A stretch of DNA of 64,000 nucleotides from a virus. The notes under the pieces are model-generated. The model saw only the letters and a program-made list of their open reading frames with translations. It ran no database searches and was not told where the DNA came from. Positions 46,609 to 56,600 of this stretch are shown in pieces. The position numbers and the translations under genes were made by a program. How positions within the stretch are numbered: the stretch's first letter is position 1; each line of letters begins with the position of its first letter. The DNA is taken from the IMG/VR virus record IMGVR_UViG_3300033182_000709, positions 2,698-66,697 of that record, one strand, 5' to 3'.

Positions 46609-47421
46609 ATGTTAGTTGATTGTTTTCCGTTTTTTAATGAATTAGATTTACTCGATATTAGGCTTCACGAATTAGATGAAATTGTAGATTATTTTATCAT
46701 CGCAGAGGCAAACAAGACACAAAGTCTTATAGATAAACCCTTTTTCCTTGAGGCAAATATGGATAGATTTGCTAGATTTAAAGAAAAAATTATCTATCTA
46801 AAAATTACAGAATGCCCTAGTAATGATGGCAACTTATGGACTATGGAAAATTTCCAAAGGAACTATCTAATTAACGGTCTGTCTCAACTAAACATATGTT
46901 CTACTGATAGAATTATGATTTCAGATCTCGATGAGATTCCAAATGCTAAAGTGTTAAAGAATGCGTTAGATAATGATTATAGAGATCTAGATGTGTTCAC
47001 TTGCGACATAGATTTCTTTGTTTACTTTATGAATCTAAAGGCAAAAAATAAAATTTGGCCCGGAACAGCAGTGTTTAAGCCAGAGCTATTACAACGTGCG
47101 ACTATCCAAAATATCAAAGATGGTAAAAATCATTATCAAAAATTACCAAACGCTGGATGGCATCTAAGTTGGCTGGGAGGTTATAAGAAAATTATTGAAA
47201 AGGCTTATTCGTGTATTGAGCCGTATGATAAAACAAAGATTCCTAGTGAAGAGCAGTTCAAGGTTTATTTCGACCAGTACTTGAAAAATCCAGATAAAAA
47301 ATTCATCCATATTGAAAATTTAAATATGGTAGGTATCGAGCTAGGGATTACTGACGATACTAATTATCCGTCTTACGTTGTTAATAATCCACATATTTAC
47401 AAAAAATACTTTTACAAATAA
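46609..47421 (+). CDS. GT17-family (MGAT3-like) glycosyltransferase
   Basis: DCFPFFNELDLL.IRL.EL...VDYF.I.E, ENFQRN, ISDLDEIP, AGWHLSW. Confidence 0.85.
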   Translation: MLVDCFPFFNELDLLDIRLHELDEIVDYFIIAEANKTQSLIDKPFFLEANMDRFARFKEKIIYLKITECPSNDGNLWTMENFQRNYLINGLSQLNICSTDRIMISDLDEIPNAKVLKNALDNDYRDLDVFTCDIDFFVYFMNLKAKNKIWPGTAVFKPELLQRATIQNIKDGKNHYQKLPNAGWHLSWLGGYKKIIEKAYSCIEPYDKTKIPSEEQFKVYFDQYLKNPDKKFIHIENLNMVGIELGITDDTNYPSYVVNNPHIYKKYFYK

Positions 47422-47436
47422 TATTAGAGGCTAATT

Positions 47437-48180
47437 ATGAATGATAAAATTAATACCATTAAATCTCTACTAGTGCCATATGAATATAAACATCTACAGA
47501 GATATGGTGGTAATTATGATGGTGCCTATATACTTTCATCCGCCCTACTAGATGATACAGACATAATCTACTCATATGGAGTTGGTCCTGAAGAAAGCTG
47601 GATCACTTTTGACAGGCATATGACAAAATTACAAAAGCACGTTTATATGTATGACAATTTAAAAAATGGATTTTGGACATCCGATCCATACATTCATTTC
47701 AAAAGTCAATATGTAAATTCTACAAATATTTACAAGCATATTGTAGATAATAATCATACAGAAAAAACAAATATGGTTTTAAAAATGGATATTGAAGGGA
47801 ATGAGTTTGAGACACTTTTATATTGTCCAGAGAAAATTTTTGATCATTTTAATCAATTAGCCATTGAGATACATGATGTCGTGAACTCTCATCTTGAACC
47901 ACAATATTTGATCAATGCCTATAATCAAGAGTTAAGATGGCAAAATAAGATTGACCTATTAACCCTTATTAACAAACACTATAAATTAGTACATATTCAC
48001 GGTAATAATAATTCTGCTGCTGTTGTAGAGGGGATTCCAGATGTATTAGAGCTACTTTATATTAGAAATGATTGCATTTTTGAAGAATCGTTGTTGCAAG
48101 AAAGTTTTCCAAGGTACGGGTTGGATTTTCCAAATAATCCTGCTGCGGCAGACATAACATTAGATTGGTGGATTAAATAA
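47437..48180 (+). CDS. FkbM-like methyltransferase
   Basis: RYGGNYDGAY, YSYGVG, LKMDIEGNEF, VHIHGNN. Confidence 0.8.
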   Translation: MNDKINTIKSLLVPYEYKHLQRYGGNYDGAYILSSALLDDTDIIYSYGVGPEESWITFDRHMTKLQKHVYMYDNLKNGFWTSDPYIHFKSQYVNSTNIYKHIVDNNHTEKTNMVLKMDIEGNEFETLLYCPEKIFDHFNQLAIEIHDVVNSHLEPQYLINAYNQELRWQNKIDLLTLINKHYKLVHIHGNNNSAAVVEGIPDVLELLYIRNDCIFEESLLQESFPRYGLDFPNNPAAADITLDWWIK

Positions 48181-48191
48181 GGGTTTATATT

Positions 48192-48542
48192 ATGATTGAA
48201 TTATTGGTAGATGAGGCGTATGCATTTGATTACTTGGCTATTTTAGATGTAAAAAACACACTACATCCTTCTGTGGAAAAAAAAGAAACATATAATGAAT
48301 GCTGTAATCATTTGAGTTCACAGGTTGATAATTTTGACGAGATTGTATCTTCTCAAGAATATCAGGAGTTATTTGATATCAATAAGATAACATTTTTTCT
48401 AATTGATGAAATGAGGTGCGGTAACGAGATTACTGCAAAACAAATTGATGATGCAAATATCGAAAGATTTAATAAGAAAAAAGCTTTACAGGATAAATTT
48501 TTCAATAGTAAATTGAGAGAAGAAAAAATCTTGTATAAATAG
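48192..48542 (+). CDS. hypothetical protein of the glycosylation cluster
   Basis: VDEAYAFDYLAIL.VK motif. Confidence 0.6.
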   Translation: MIELLVDEAYAFDYLAILDVKNTLHPSVEKKETYNECCNHLSSQVDNFDEIVSSQEYQELFDINKITFFLIDEMRCGNEITAKQIDDANIERFNKKKALQDKFFNSKLREEKILYK

Positions 48543-48554
48543 GAGTAGATAATA

Positions 48555-48983
48555 ATGAAGAGATATGGAATAGTTTCTGGATATTTTAATCCAATCCATA
48601 GAGGGCATATCGAATATATTAATGCTGCCAAGCAGGATTGCGATCATCTTGTAGTTATTGTTAATAACGATTATCAGGTTAAGCTAAAAGGTTCTACTCC
48701 TTTTATGGATACTAAGCATAGGGCGTTTATTGTTAAAAATCTAAAATCTGTAGATGAAGTATTTTTATCTATTGATGACGATAGATCTGTTGCTAAAAGT
48801 ATTAGTATGTTGGCACTAGATTATAATGATAAAAATTTAGTATTTTACAATAGTGGTGATAGAAATCCAGAAAATTATGAAAGTCAAGAAGATATTGTCT
48901 GTCATAAATATCATATAGAGACAAAGTTCCTAGATTTACCCAAAGTTTATTCTTCTAGTGAACTTAAAAAAAGTGTATATTAA
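48555..48983 (+). CDS. cytidylyltransferase-like (HIGH) nucleotidyltransferase
   Basis: VSGYFNPIHRGH...IVNND. Confidence 0.85.
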   Translation: MKRYGIVSGYFNPIHRGHIEYINAAKQDCDHLVVIVNNDYQVKLKGSTPFMDTKHRAFIVKNLKSVDEVFLSIDDDRSVAKSISMLALDYNDKNLVFYNSGDRNPENYESQEDIVCHKYHIETKFLDLPKVYSSSELKKSVY

Positions 48984-49018
48984 TATATAAGATTTCTTTT
49001 TTAAATGAGGATAGAAAT

Positions 49019-49291
49019 ATGCCTTTGAAAAAATGTTCTGAGGATAAACAAAGTGGATGGAAGTGGGGAGATGAAGGAAAATGCTATACTGGACCAGAAG
49101 GTAAGAAAAAAGCAATTAGGCAAGGAGTTGCTATTGAAGGTCCAGAAAAGTTTTCTAAGAAAGTCAAGGCAGGCGAACTAGAATTTGCAGAAAAAGATTG
49201 GGAATATATTGATGATGCATTGGGTCATATTGGTTTAGGTATTGGTGATAGACTTGCTTATGCAGTTGATTTACAGAGGTATTTAAAATGA
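49019..49291 (+). CDS. conserved phage hypothetical protein
   Basis: GWKWGDEGKCYTG...A..QG.A motif. Confidence 0.6.
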   Translation: MPLKKCSEDKQSGWKWGDEGKCYTGPEGKKKAIRQGVAIEGPEKFSKKVKAGELEFAEKDWEYIDDALGHIGLGIGDRLAYAVDLQRYLK

Positions 49292-50214
49292 GTGATTATA
49301 ACAGTCCTAGAGAATTATTAAATGCTTATAGGAATGGTTTTGTAGGAGTTGATTGTGATGAAGAAGATGTAAGAAAACTTCTTGGTGAACTTCCTATGCC
49401 TATGTTTGGTGCTGCGGCATACGAACTTTATGGTGCTGGAGAAGGTAAAGTCAGTGCTCCATTTAAATCTTTACTTAAATTTGATCCCGGCTTTGGTCCT
49501 TCTGAGAGACAAACTACAGGTGATTGTGTATCTCATTCTACTAGAAATGCTGTAGATATTACTAGAGCAGTAGAAATTGATATTAAAAAACAACCTGAAG
49601 AGTTTGATGCTAGAGGTGCTACTGAAGCAATCTACCAATCTAGAGGTCACAGAGGTCAAGGAATGTCTTGTTCTGGTGCTGCTAGATATGTTCATCAGAA
49701 TGGTGGATTATTGATTAGAAAAGATTATGGTAAAGTAGATTTATCTAAATATAATTCTAGTCTTGGTGCAAATCATCGCATCCCTAATAGTATTTATAAA
49801 GATGAAGCAAAGAAACATCAAGTCAAAACTATCTCATTGATTACAACTGTATCAGAGGCTAGAGATGCCTTAGCTAATGGTTATGGAATTTCAGTTTGTT
49901 CTGGTTATGGTTTTTCAAGTAAAAGAGATAAATATGGTATTGCTAAAAGGAGTGGTGGTTGGTCACATGCTATGGCATGGATTGCTTGTGATGATAGTCA
50001 TGAAGTTTATAAAGAAACTCTCTTTTTAGTACAAAACTCATGGGGTAAATGGAATAGTGGTCCTAAAAGATTAGGTCAACCAGATGGTAGCTTTTGGATT
50101 AGAGAAAAAGATGCTAGAGGTATGTTGTCTGGTAGAGGTTCATGGGTATTTAGTGATGTTGATGGATTCCCTGCAAGAAAATTACCTGATTATGGAACAG
50201 GAGATTACCTATAA
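49288..50214 (+). CDS. papain-like (C1) cysteine peptidase
   Basis: Q..GDCVS (Cys), SHAM (His), VQNSWG (Asn), GSFWI. Confidence 0.85.
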   Translation: MSDYNSPRELLNAYRNGFVGVDCDEEDVRKLLGELPMPMFGAAAYELYGAGEGKVSAPFKSLLKFDPGFGPSERQTTGDCVSHSTRNAVDITRAVEIDIKKQPEEFDARGATEAIYQSRGHRGQGMSCSGAARYVHQNGGLLIRKDYGKVDLSKYNSSLGANHRIPNSIYKDEAKKHQVKTISLITTVSEARDALANGYGISVCSGYGFSSKRDKYGIAKRSGGWSHAMAWIACDDSHEVYKETLFLVQNSWGKWNSGPKRLGQPDGSFWIREKDARGMLSGRGSWVFSDVDGFPARKLPDYGTGDYL

Positions 50215-50579
50215 TGAATAAAATACTTTTAGTTATTGCTGGTTTATTAGGTATGGGTGCTGCTATTGAAAAGGAACACCTTGATTTTAGACCTGAAATA
50301 TCTACTGGGATTACAAATGTCGTTCTTGGTGGAGAGGACGACATCCCAGTGGTTCCTCCAGATGAAAACAATAATTGTCCATGCAATAAAAAAACGGGTA
50401 TAATTACTCAAGGTGATGGTCATCAAACTAAATGTCCATGTGACAATGGTGAATGTGGATGTGTAAATAAACCATCAGGACCAGAACCACCAACACCAGA
50501 ACAAGAGGATTGTGATCAAAATACAAGTTCTCCTCGTAAGGGTTTATTGCAAAGAATTTTTGGAATTTTTAGGAGATAA
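50214..50579 (+). CDS. secreted Cys/Pro-rich protein
   Basis: Signal peptide; CPC...CPCDNGECGC. Confidence 0.6.
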   Translation: MNKILLVIAGLLGMGAAIEKEHLDFRPEISTGITNVVLGGEDDIPVVPPDENNNCPCNKKTGIITQGDGHQTKCPCDNGECGCVNKPSGPEPPTPEQEDCDQNTSSPRKGLLQRIFGIFRR

Positions 50580-50581
50580 GT

Positions 50582-50929
50582 ATGTCAGATCCATCCAAGC
50601 AAGTTATAGATTTTACTAATAAGGTATTTGATGATATTGATAATGATAAGTATGGATTTGATCCATTATTGATTATTGCAATCGCTAATATTATTATTAA
50701 TCTTATCAAAGCAATAAATGTTATTTACTTTTCTAAATCTTCTAAAAACATTCATAACTTCATTAAAAAACGTGGTTTAATGATGAGGATATTAATGAGG
50801 AGAGAAGCAAGAAAAGAACTGAAAGAATATACTGATGATGAAAGAGATGCTGTTATCTCTTCTATTGGTAATGTAGTTCGTGACTATGGAGAAAGCGAAT
50901 TTAAAGATTTAGTTTCCTCAATTAGATAA
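50582..50929 (+). CDS. membrane-associated hypothetical protein
   Basis: Hydrophobic segment LLIIAIANIIINLI. Confidence 0.55.
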   Translation: MSDPSKQVIDFTNKVFDDIDNDKYGFDPLLIIAIANIIINLIKAINVIYFSKSSKNIHNFIKKRGLMMRILMRREARKELKEYTDDERDAVISSIGNVVRDYGESEFKDLVSSIR

Positions 50930-50942
50930 TGGGAGAAAAGTT

Positions 50943-51116
50943 ATGGATAAATTGCAAAGTATTTGGAAAAGTCGTCGTGTTTGGGTTGCTGTTGCTGGTG
51001 TTGCTGTAGCATGTGCAAATAGCCTTGGAGTTGAAGTTGATCCAGAAACAGTTCAGTATGTTGTTCTTTTAGCTGCCTCTTGGATTGTTGGTGACTCACT
51101 ACGCAAAACGGAGTAA
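50943..51116 (+). CDS. holin-like small membrane protein (57 aa)
   Basis: Manual translation MDKLQSIWKSRRVWVAVAGVAVACANSLGVEVDPETVQYVVLLAASWIVGDSLRKTE; two TM segments; GGAG RBS. Confidence 0.55.
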   Translation: MDKLQSIWKSRRVWVAVAGVAVACANSLGVEVDPETVQYVVLLAASWIVGDSLRKTE

Positions 51117-51117
51117 T

Positions 51118-51426
51118 ATGATGTTTGAAAATCTAGATATTGTTCAGGTGATCTTGATTGGATTAGGACTTGTTATTGTTGCTTCTGTATTTTTGAAGTC
51201 TGATGAAAAGAAACCTGATCCTGTAATTCCTCCTCCGGTTGTACCACCACCTGTTGTGCCTTCACCAGTTTTGGATGACGGTCACGATTTTATGTGTTTG
51301 GTGCAGAAATGGCATGATCTCAAAGCATGTGCTCACGAACAGGGATTGCATGAGGTATGTAAAGTACTTGATACAGATGTATTTCCCTTGTTGAATAAGC
51401 CAGAAAAACATGAGGTTAAATCATGA
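51118..51426 (+). CDS. membrane-anchored Pro-rich protein
   Basis: N-terminal TM segment then PPPVVPPPVVP. Confidence 0.6.
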   Translation: MMFENLDIVQVILIGLGLVIVASVFLKSDEKKPDPVIPPPVVPPPVVPSPVLDDGHDFMCLVQKWHDLKACAHEQGLHEVCKVLDTDVFPLLNKPEKHEVKS

Positions 51427-51944
51427 AAGATTCTACTAAATTAAGCATTGGGTTACTTATTGTAGCCCTTGGTTTATTTTGGCCTAAAATTAAAGAAGGA
51501 GTTCTAAATAACTTACCTGATGATAGCTTTGGTTCTTCTACAGTAAATGTGGTTTTTGAAAAGGTTGATGAGCCATCTGATGCCTTGAAAGAAGAAGTTG
51601 CTGGTATTCGTGATCTTGTTATTGGTGATACTGCGGAAACTATTCGCGAAGCTGATGATGATAGAATCAGATTAGCACAGTTCTATGCACAATTATCACA
51701 TATTGTTAGAAAAGAACCGGGATTTTTGAAGACTACAGGACAATTTAGAGAGTATAATTCTACTGCTGGTCAGATTAACTACGCAGGTATTTCCTTGAAA
51801 GGTAAATATACAGGTCTTGGTCAAGCAATTGATCAAGCAATTGTGGATCAGATAGGTCTAGAAAATATTGAATTAGATATTGACAGACGGGATGATCTTG
51901 CTAAAATACTTGCAGCTATTTCATGGGAACTCTGGCATGAGTAA
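51423..51944 (+). CDS. membrane-anchored helical protein
   Basis: N-terminal TM segment. Confidence 0.6.
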   Translation: MKDSTKLSIGLLIVALGLFWPKIKEGVLNNLPDDSFGSSTVNVVFEKVDEPSDALKEEVAGIRDLVIGDTAETIREADDDRIRLAQFYAQLSHIVRKEPGFLKTTGQFREYNSTAGQINYAGISLKGKYTGLGQAIDQAIVDQIGLENIELDIDRRDDLAKILAAISWELWHE

Positions 51945-52134
51945 TGAAGAAGAGAGATTTGGCGGTGGCATTATAGAAAATGCCATTGATGGTATCTTAA
52001 AGAAATATAATATTTCTCGTAAAGATATTGATAAGGTTAAGTCGATTATAGATAAAGTTGAGATTAGTCATGTTGGTAAATCTACTGTAATCGAAATTAA
52101 TCTGAAAAAACTCAAGATTGTAATTGACAGTTAG
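51880..52134 (+). CDS. small hypothetical protein (start probably MSNEE)
   Basis: ORF track. Confidence 0.45.
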   Translation: MTDGMILLKYLQLFHGNSGMSNEEERFGGGIIENAIDGILKKYNISRKDIDKVKSIIDKVEISHVGKSTVIEINLKKLKIVIDS

Positions 52135-52199
52135 TGAATTTGACGTATAATTAAGCATACGTTTTTAGTGTTTCTTCACTTTTTATAGAGGACTGTTTC

Positions 52200-52430
52200 A
52201 TGAGAACTAGTGAAACTACAGATTGGAATGTTTTGTTGGGATGCGATAACACTTTGCAAGCATTAGCAGATTTTGCGTTTAATGACGTTTCTGCAAGTGC
52301 TACGACTAAAGCACTATCATTTACTGATGCTGCTGGTCAGTTTCGCAATTTGCTTCGTTCCAACGGGACGCAGTACGCTCGTCGCCTTGCTCGTAAGGCT
52401 TTACGTTATCGTGGTTATGATGTTGTTTAG
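52200..52430 (+). CDS. small basic hypothetical protein
   Basis: N16 promoter at about 52124; GAGG RBS. Confidence 0.6.
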   Translation: MRTSETTDWNVLLGCDNTLQALADFAFNDVSASATTKALSFTDAAGQFRNLLRSNGTQYARRLARKALRYRGYDVV

Positions 52431-52439
52431 GAGATTTGT

Positions 52440-52835
52440 ATGAGTGATTTGAATCAAGTTATTATTAGTGGTCGCTTGACTAGGGATGCTTCTTTGAAAA
52501 CCCTTCCTTCTGGATCTAGTGTGGCAGAACTATCTGTTGCTTCTAATCGTATTTGGAATGATAGGAATGGTGAAAAACAAGAAGAGACTGTTTTTGTAGA
52601 CGTTGATCTATGGGGTAAGCAGTCAAACTATTTTGGTAACAATCTAAAGAAGGGTGATTACGTCATGGTGACTGGTCGTCTTCGTCGTGAAACATGGGAA
52701 ACTGATGGGCAAAAGCGTTCAAAGATTTCCTTGCGTGCTGACAAGATTGATCTCCCTCCAAAGGTTGTAAATAGTTCTGTTGCTAAAGAACCGGAAGTAA
52801 ACTTTGATGAGCCAGTAGGTTCTGCTCCATTTTAG
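52440..52835 (+). CDS. ssb: single-stranded DNA-binding protein
   Basis: LNQVIISGRLTRD...VDVDLWG...VTGRL...acidic tail ending PF. Confidence 0.95.
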   Translation: MSDLNQVIISGRLTRDASLKTLPSGSSVAELSVASNRIWNDRNGEKQEETVFVDVDLWGKQSNYFGNNLKKGDYVMVTGRLRRETWETDGQKRSKISLRADKIDLPPKVVNSSVAKEPEVNFDEPVGSAPF

Positions 52836-52854
52836 TTGATTTCTCTTTATAGAA

Positions 52855-52890
52855 ACCCATCAGTGACACTGTTTGCTGGTGGGTTTTTTT
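52855..52890 (+). terminator. Rho-independent terminator
   Basis: ACCCATCAG...CTGGTGGGT followed by a T run. Confidence 0.7.
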
Positions 52891-52900
52891 AGGTATTATT

Positions 52901-53362
52901 ATGGATAAAGTTATAAATAAGAAAGTTGTCCTAAATACCCTAGATTTGTTTCAAAATCAATTTGGTTGGACAACTGATGAAGATCAAAAATCTATCTTTC
53001 TAGATGAGTTTCTTTTCTTAAAAGATTTTGAAGATAATGAATTTGCAGTAAGAGCAGAAATAAAAGACGAACTTTGGAAAAAAGGTGGTAGAATTAGATA
53101 TAGCACCATCATTACTTCTGCTCACGATGACTATATTAATTATGATATAAATACAGAGGTAGATTACTTTGTTTTCTTGAATAAGAAATGTGACCAAGCA
53201 TTCATTTGTAAGAGAGAAGATTTAGTACAGAAAGACAACCTTATCTTCCGTAATCAGGAACATGAAGGTAAGACACATTATAATAAACCTTGTTATGAAA
53301 TACACATGAGTATGTGTGAACTTTATGAAAAAAGAGAGGATGGATGGTATGAAAAAGATTAA
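52901..53362 (+). CDS. hypothetical protein (possible nuclease fold)
   Basis: ORF track. Confidence 0.5.
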   Translation: MDKVINKKVVLNTLDLFQNQFGWTTDEDQKSIFLDEFLFLKDFEDNEFAVRAEIKDELWKKGGRIRYSTIITSAHDDYINYDINTEVDYFVFLNKKCDQAFICKREDLVQKDNLIFRNQEHEGKTHYNKPCYEIHMSMCELYEKREDGWYEKD

Positions 53363-54419
53363 TGTTATGGCAGCAGTGAATCCTTTAGGTTACGGTGTTG
53401 CCGGATTGAATATCTTAAAGGAACTAGATAAAGTTGCTGATGTAGCATTGTTTCCTATTGGTCAACCTCAACCAACAACACAAGAGGATGCTGATTTTGT
53501 TCAAGGTCTCATGAATAAACAAAATGACTTTGACGCTTCTGCTCCTTGTTTGAAAATTTGGCATGAGCATAGTCTCGCAGAAAGAATTGGTAGAGGTAAA
53601 TATTATGGATTTCCAATATTTGAATTGAATAAATTTGATAAACGTAGATTGAAAAATCTAGACTGTTGTGATGAAGTCATTACATGTACCGATTGGGCCA
53701 GAGATATTGTCTTAGAGCAAACTGGAAGACCTGAAAATGAAGTTCACACTATTCCACTGGGAGTCGATAGATCAGTCTTTAATGAAGATAAAAGTAATGT
53801 TTCTGGGACTCAGTTTGTAATATTTAATTGCGGTAAGTGGGAAGTGCGTAAAGGTCATGATGTGCTTTTTAGGGCATTTAAAATGGCATTCCCAGATGAA
53901 GTTAGGGATGTTAAACTTTTCATGATGTGTGAAAATCCTTTCCCTCAAGCGAAGCAGCAATCAGAACAGTTCCAAAATATGTATGCTTCTGATATTAGAG
54001 TGAAACTTATTCCAAGGGTGAATACTTCTGAAGAGGTTGCACAAATTATGGGGCAGGTTGATTGTGGAGTTTTCCCTGCAAGAGGTGAAGGTTGGAATCT
54101 AGAACTACTAGAAATGATGAGTATGGGTAAGCCAGTCATCGCTACTAACTATTCTGGTCACACACAATTCTGTGATACATTGAATTGTGCTCTTGTTGAC
54201 ATTGAAAAAACAGAACCGGCATTTGATGGTGTTTGGTTTGACGGTAAGGTTGGAGAGTGGGCAAGTCTTGGTCAAGATCAAGTTAAGCAACTTGCTGATC
54301 ATATGAGAACTGCTTATGAAAGTTGGAAAAAAGAACCAGTAACTAATCCTGCTGGTATTGAAACTGCAAAGAAATTTACTTGGGCACATACAGCAGAAAA
54401 ACTATTAGGTGTACTATGA
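53349..54419 (+). CDS. GT4 glycosyltransferase
   Basis: GYGVAG...KWEVRKGHD...FPARGEGWNL.LLEMMSMGKPVIATNYSG. Confidence 0.9.
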   Translation: MKKINVMAAVNPLGYGVAGLNILKELDKVADVALFPIGQPQPTTQEDADFVQGLMNKQNDFDASAPCLKIWHEHSLAERIGRGKYYGFPIFELNKFDKRRLKNLDCCDEVITCTDWARDIVLEQTGRPENEVHTIPLGVDRSVFNEDKSNVSGTQFVIFNCGKWEVRKGHDVLFRAFKMAFPDEVRDVKLFMMCENPFPQAKQQSEQFQNMYASDIRVKLIPRVNTSEEVAQIMGQVDCGVFPARGEGWNLELLEMMSMGKPVIATNYSGHTQFCDTLNCALVDIEKTEPAFDGVWFDGKVGEWASLGQDQVKQLADHMRTAYESWKKEPVTNPAGIETAKKFTWAHTAEKLLGVL

Positions 54420-54961
54420 CAGATGATATGTGGGATTTTGAGTATACAAATCCTATAAAGACTCGTAAATATTATTGGGATAATGTCTATCTTTTAGATG
54501 CAGTTTATTGGTCTAGAAAAAGTCATGACCCAGAAACTCAATGTGGATGTGTTATCGTAAATCCTATGGATAACACTCCCGTTTCTCACGGTTACAATGG
54601 ATTCATTAGGGGTATTAATAACTCTAAACTACCAAATAAAAGACCTGATAAGTATCCATTTATGATACATGCTGAAGCGAATGCAATTTATAATGCAGTT
54701 CGTCAAGGTAAATCTACACAAGGCATGAGGGTTTATGTTACAGGTAAACCCTGTGCCTCTTGTTATCAGATGATGCATCAGTGTGGTATTGATGAAATAG
54801 TTTATACTAATGTTTCTAAACCAAAAATGATTGACAATTGTGAATCTTTTGATAGAATAAGAGATGTTCTTGGCCTTGGTGGTCCTGAACTTATTTTTAT
54901 TGACAAGTCCACATTGGACTACTCTTTTTTCAATGAATGTATAAGGGAGATTAATAAATGA
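54416..54961 (+). CDS. dCMP deaminase
   Basis: S.D..TQCG, HAEANA, PCASC. Confidence 0.9.
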   Translation: MTDDMWDFEYTNPIKTRKYYWDNVYLLDAVYWSRKSHDPETQCGCVIVNPMDNTPVSHGYNGFIRGINNSKLPNKRPDKYPFMIHAEANAIYNAVRQGKSTQGMRVYVTGKPCASCYQMMHQCGIDEIVYTNVSKPKMIDNCESFDRIRDVLGLGGPELIFIDKSTLDYSFFNECIREINK

Positions 54962-55374
54962 GTGGATTGGACGATCATAACGCAAGAATGAACATGTTGA
55001 ATAACGATACTGTATTGCAAGCCTTTGTTGAGGATGATATTATTTATATAAACGAAGAAGATAAACCAGAACCCACATTGTCTTTATTTATTGATAATGT
55101 TGTTCAGTGGCATCATGATAGAAATCTTATTGATGGGAGTACTGATAAAGACCAGACTCTAAAACTACTACAGGAACTTGGTGAGTTATCTGATAGTGTT
55201 TGCAAAGGTAAAGATATCAAAGATGATATTGGTGATATGTTGGTTGTAATGCTCAACATCACTACTCGTAATGGAGTTACTCTATCTGAATGTTTAGCAA
55301 GAGCATGGGATGATATCAAAGACCGTAAAGGCAAAATGGTTGATGGCATTTTTGTGAAAGAAGCAGATCTATGA
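54958..55374 (+). CDS. MazG-like NTP pyrophosphohydrolase
   Basis: LKL.QELGEL...DDIGD.LV.L. Confidence 0.85.
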   Translation: MSGLDDHNARMNMLNNDTVLQAFVEDDIIYINEEDKPEPTLSLFIDNVVQWHHDRNLIDGSTDKDQTLKLLQELGELSDSVCKGKDIKDDIGDMLVVMLNITTRNGVTLSECLARAWDDIKDRKGKMVDGIFVKEADL

Positions 55375-55559
55375 TTTTTAGACTTGGGGAAAAGTATCGG
55401 ATATACCCTCCCGGTTCTTTATGGACTTATGAGGGCATAGATACTGGAGAGCATGTTTTTACTATGGCAGAGGGAAAAATATCTTGGAAGATCCCTCCTC
55501 ATTTACTTAAACATTACAAGATTGTAGAAGATGAAAATACAAAACGAGACGAAACTTGA
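55371..55559 (+). CDS. small hypothetical protein
   Basis: ATGA overlap with upstream ORF. Confidence 0.45.
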   Translation: MIFRLGEKYRIYPPGSLWTYEGIDTGEHVFTMAEGKISWKIPPHLLKHYKIVEDENTKRDET

Positions 55560-56598
55560 CTTTGATGATGTTTTACTTGTGCCTCAAAGATCAAGAACGG
55601 CGAGTAGGAAACAAGTAGATATTCAAAAGAAGTATCTATTCTATCATTCTCATCGTGAATGGAATGGTGTTCCTATCATGGCGGCGAATATGGATACTAC
55701 TGGAACTTTCGCTATGGCAGAAGCAATGGCGAGAATGGGACATATCTGTTGTCTACATAAACATTATGATGTTAGAGATCTTGTTGGATTTTATGATCAA
55801 CATAATATCGCTGCTCTTCAATACATTTGGTATTCTATGGGTATGAAGCCTACTGAGTTTATTAAACTAAAACAATTTCATACTGATAGTGGTCTACAAC
55901 CGAACATTTGTATTGATGTGGCGAATGGTTATAGTGAAGGATTTGTAGACTTCTGTAGAATGGTCAGGAAAGACTTTAGAAAGTCTATTATTATGGCAGG
56001 TAATGTTGCTACTCCAGAAATGGTTCAGGAACTTATTCTTCATGGTGGAGTTGACATTGTAAAAGTTGGTATCGGTCCCGGTTCTGCTTGCACTACAAGA
56101 TTGAAAACTGGAGTTGGCTATCCTCAACTTTCTGCTATTGATGAATGTGTTCATGCAGCACACGGTTTAAAATCAGAAGATAAGCGTCACGGTCTTGTAT
56201 GTGGAGATGGTGGTTGTAGACTACCTGCTGATGTAGTCAAGGGATTCGCTGCGGGTGCTGACTTTATGATGCTTGGTGGTATGCTTGCTGGTACAGATGA
56301 GTGTGATGGCGAGTGGGAATACAGCCAAGAAACAAAAGAAAAGAAAAACCTTGTCTTCTATGGTATGTCTTCTAAGAAAGCACAAGAGAAACATGGAACT
56401 GGATTAAAAGACTACAGAAGTAGCGAAGGAAGAGTTATGAAAGTCCCTTATAAAGGTCCAGTTGCTGATGTTCTTAGAGATATTGATGGTGGTATTAGAA
56501 GTGGTTGCACTTATACTGGTGCTACAACACTAAAAGATTTACCTAAAACTGCTATGTTTGTAAGAGTGAATAGAACTCATCATGATAGGAGCGTGTAA
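55531..56598 (+). CDS. guaC: GMP reductase
   Basis: KLDFDDVLLVPQRS, PIMAANMD, IDVANGYS, KVGIGPGSACTTR, FYGMSS, SEG. Confidence 0.92.
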   Translation: MKIQNETKLDFDDVLLVPQRSRTASRKQVDIQKKYLFYHSHREWNGVPIMAANMDTTGTFAMAEAMARMGHICCLHKHYDVRDLVGFYDQHNIAALQYIWYSMGMKPTEFIKLKQFHTDSGLQPNICIDVANGYSEGFVDFCRMVRKDFRKSIIMAGNVATPEMVQELILHGGVDIVKVGIGPGSACTTRLKTGVGYPQLSAIDECVHAAHGLKSEDKRHGLVCGDGGCRLPADVVKGFAAGADFMMLGGMLAGTDECDGEWEYSQETKEKKNLVFYGMSSKKAQEKHGTGLKDYRSSEGRVMKVPYKGPVADVLRDIDGGIRSGCTYTGATTLKDLPKTAMFVRVNRTHHDRSV

Positions 56599-56600
56599 GG

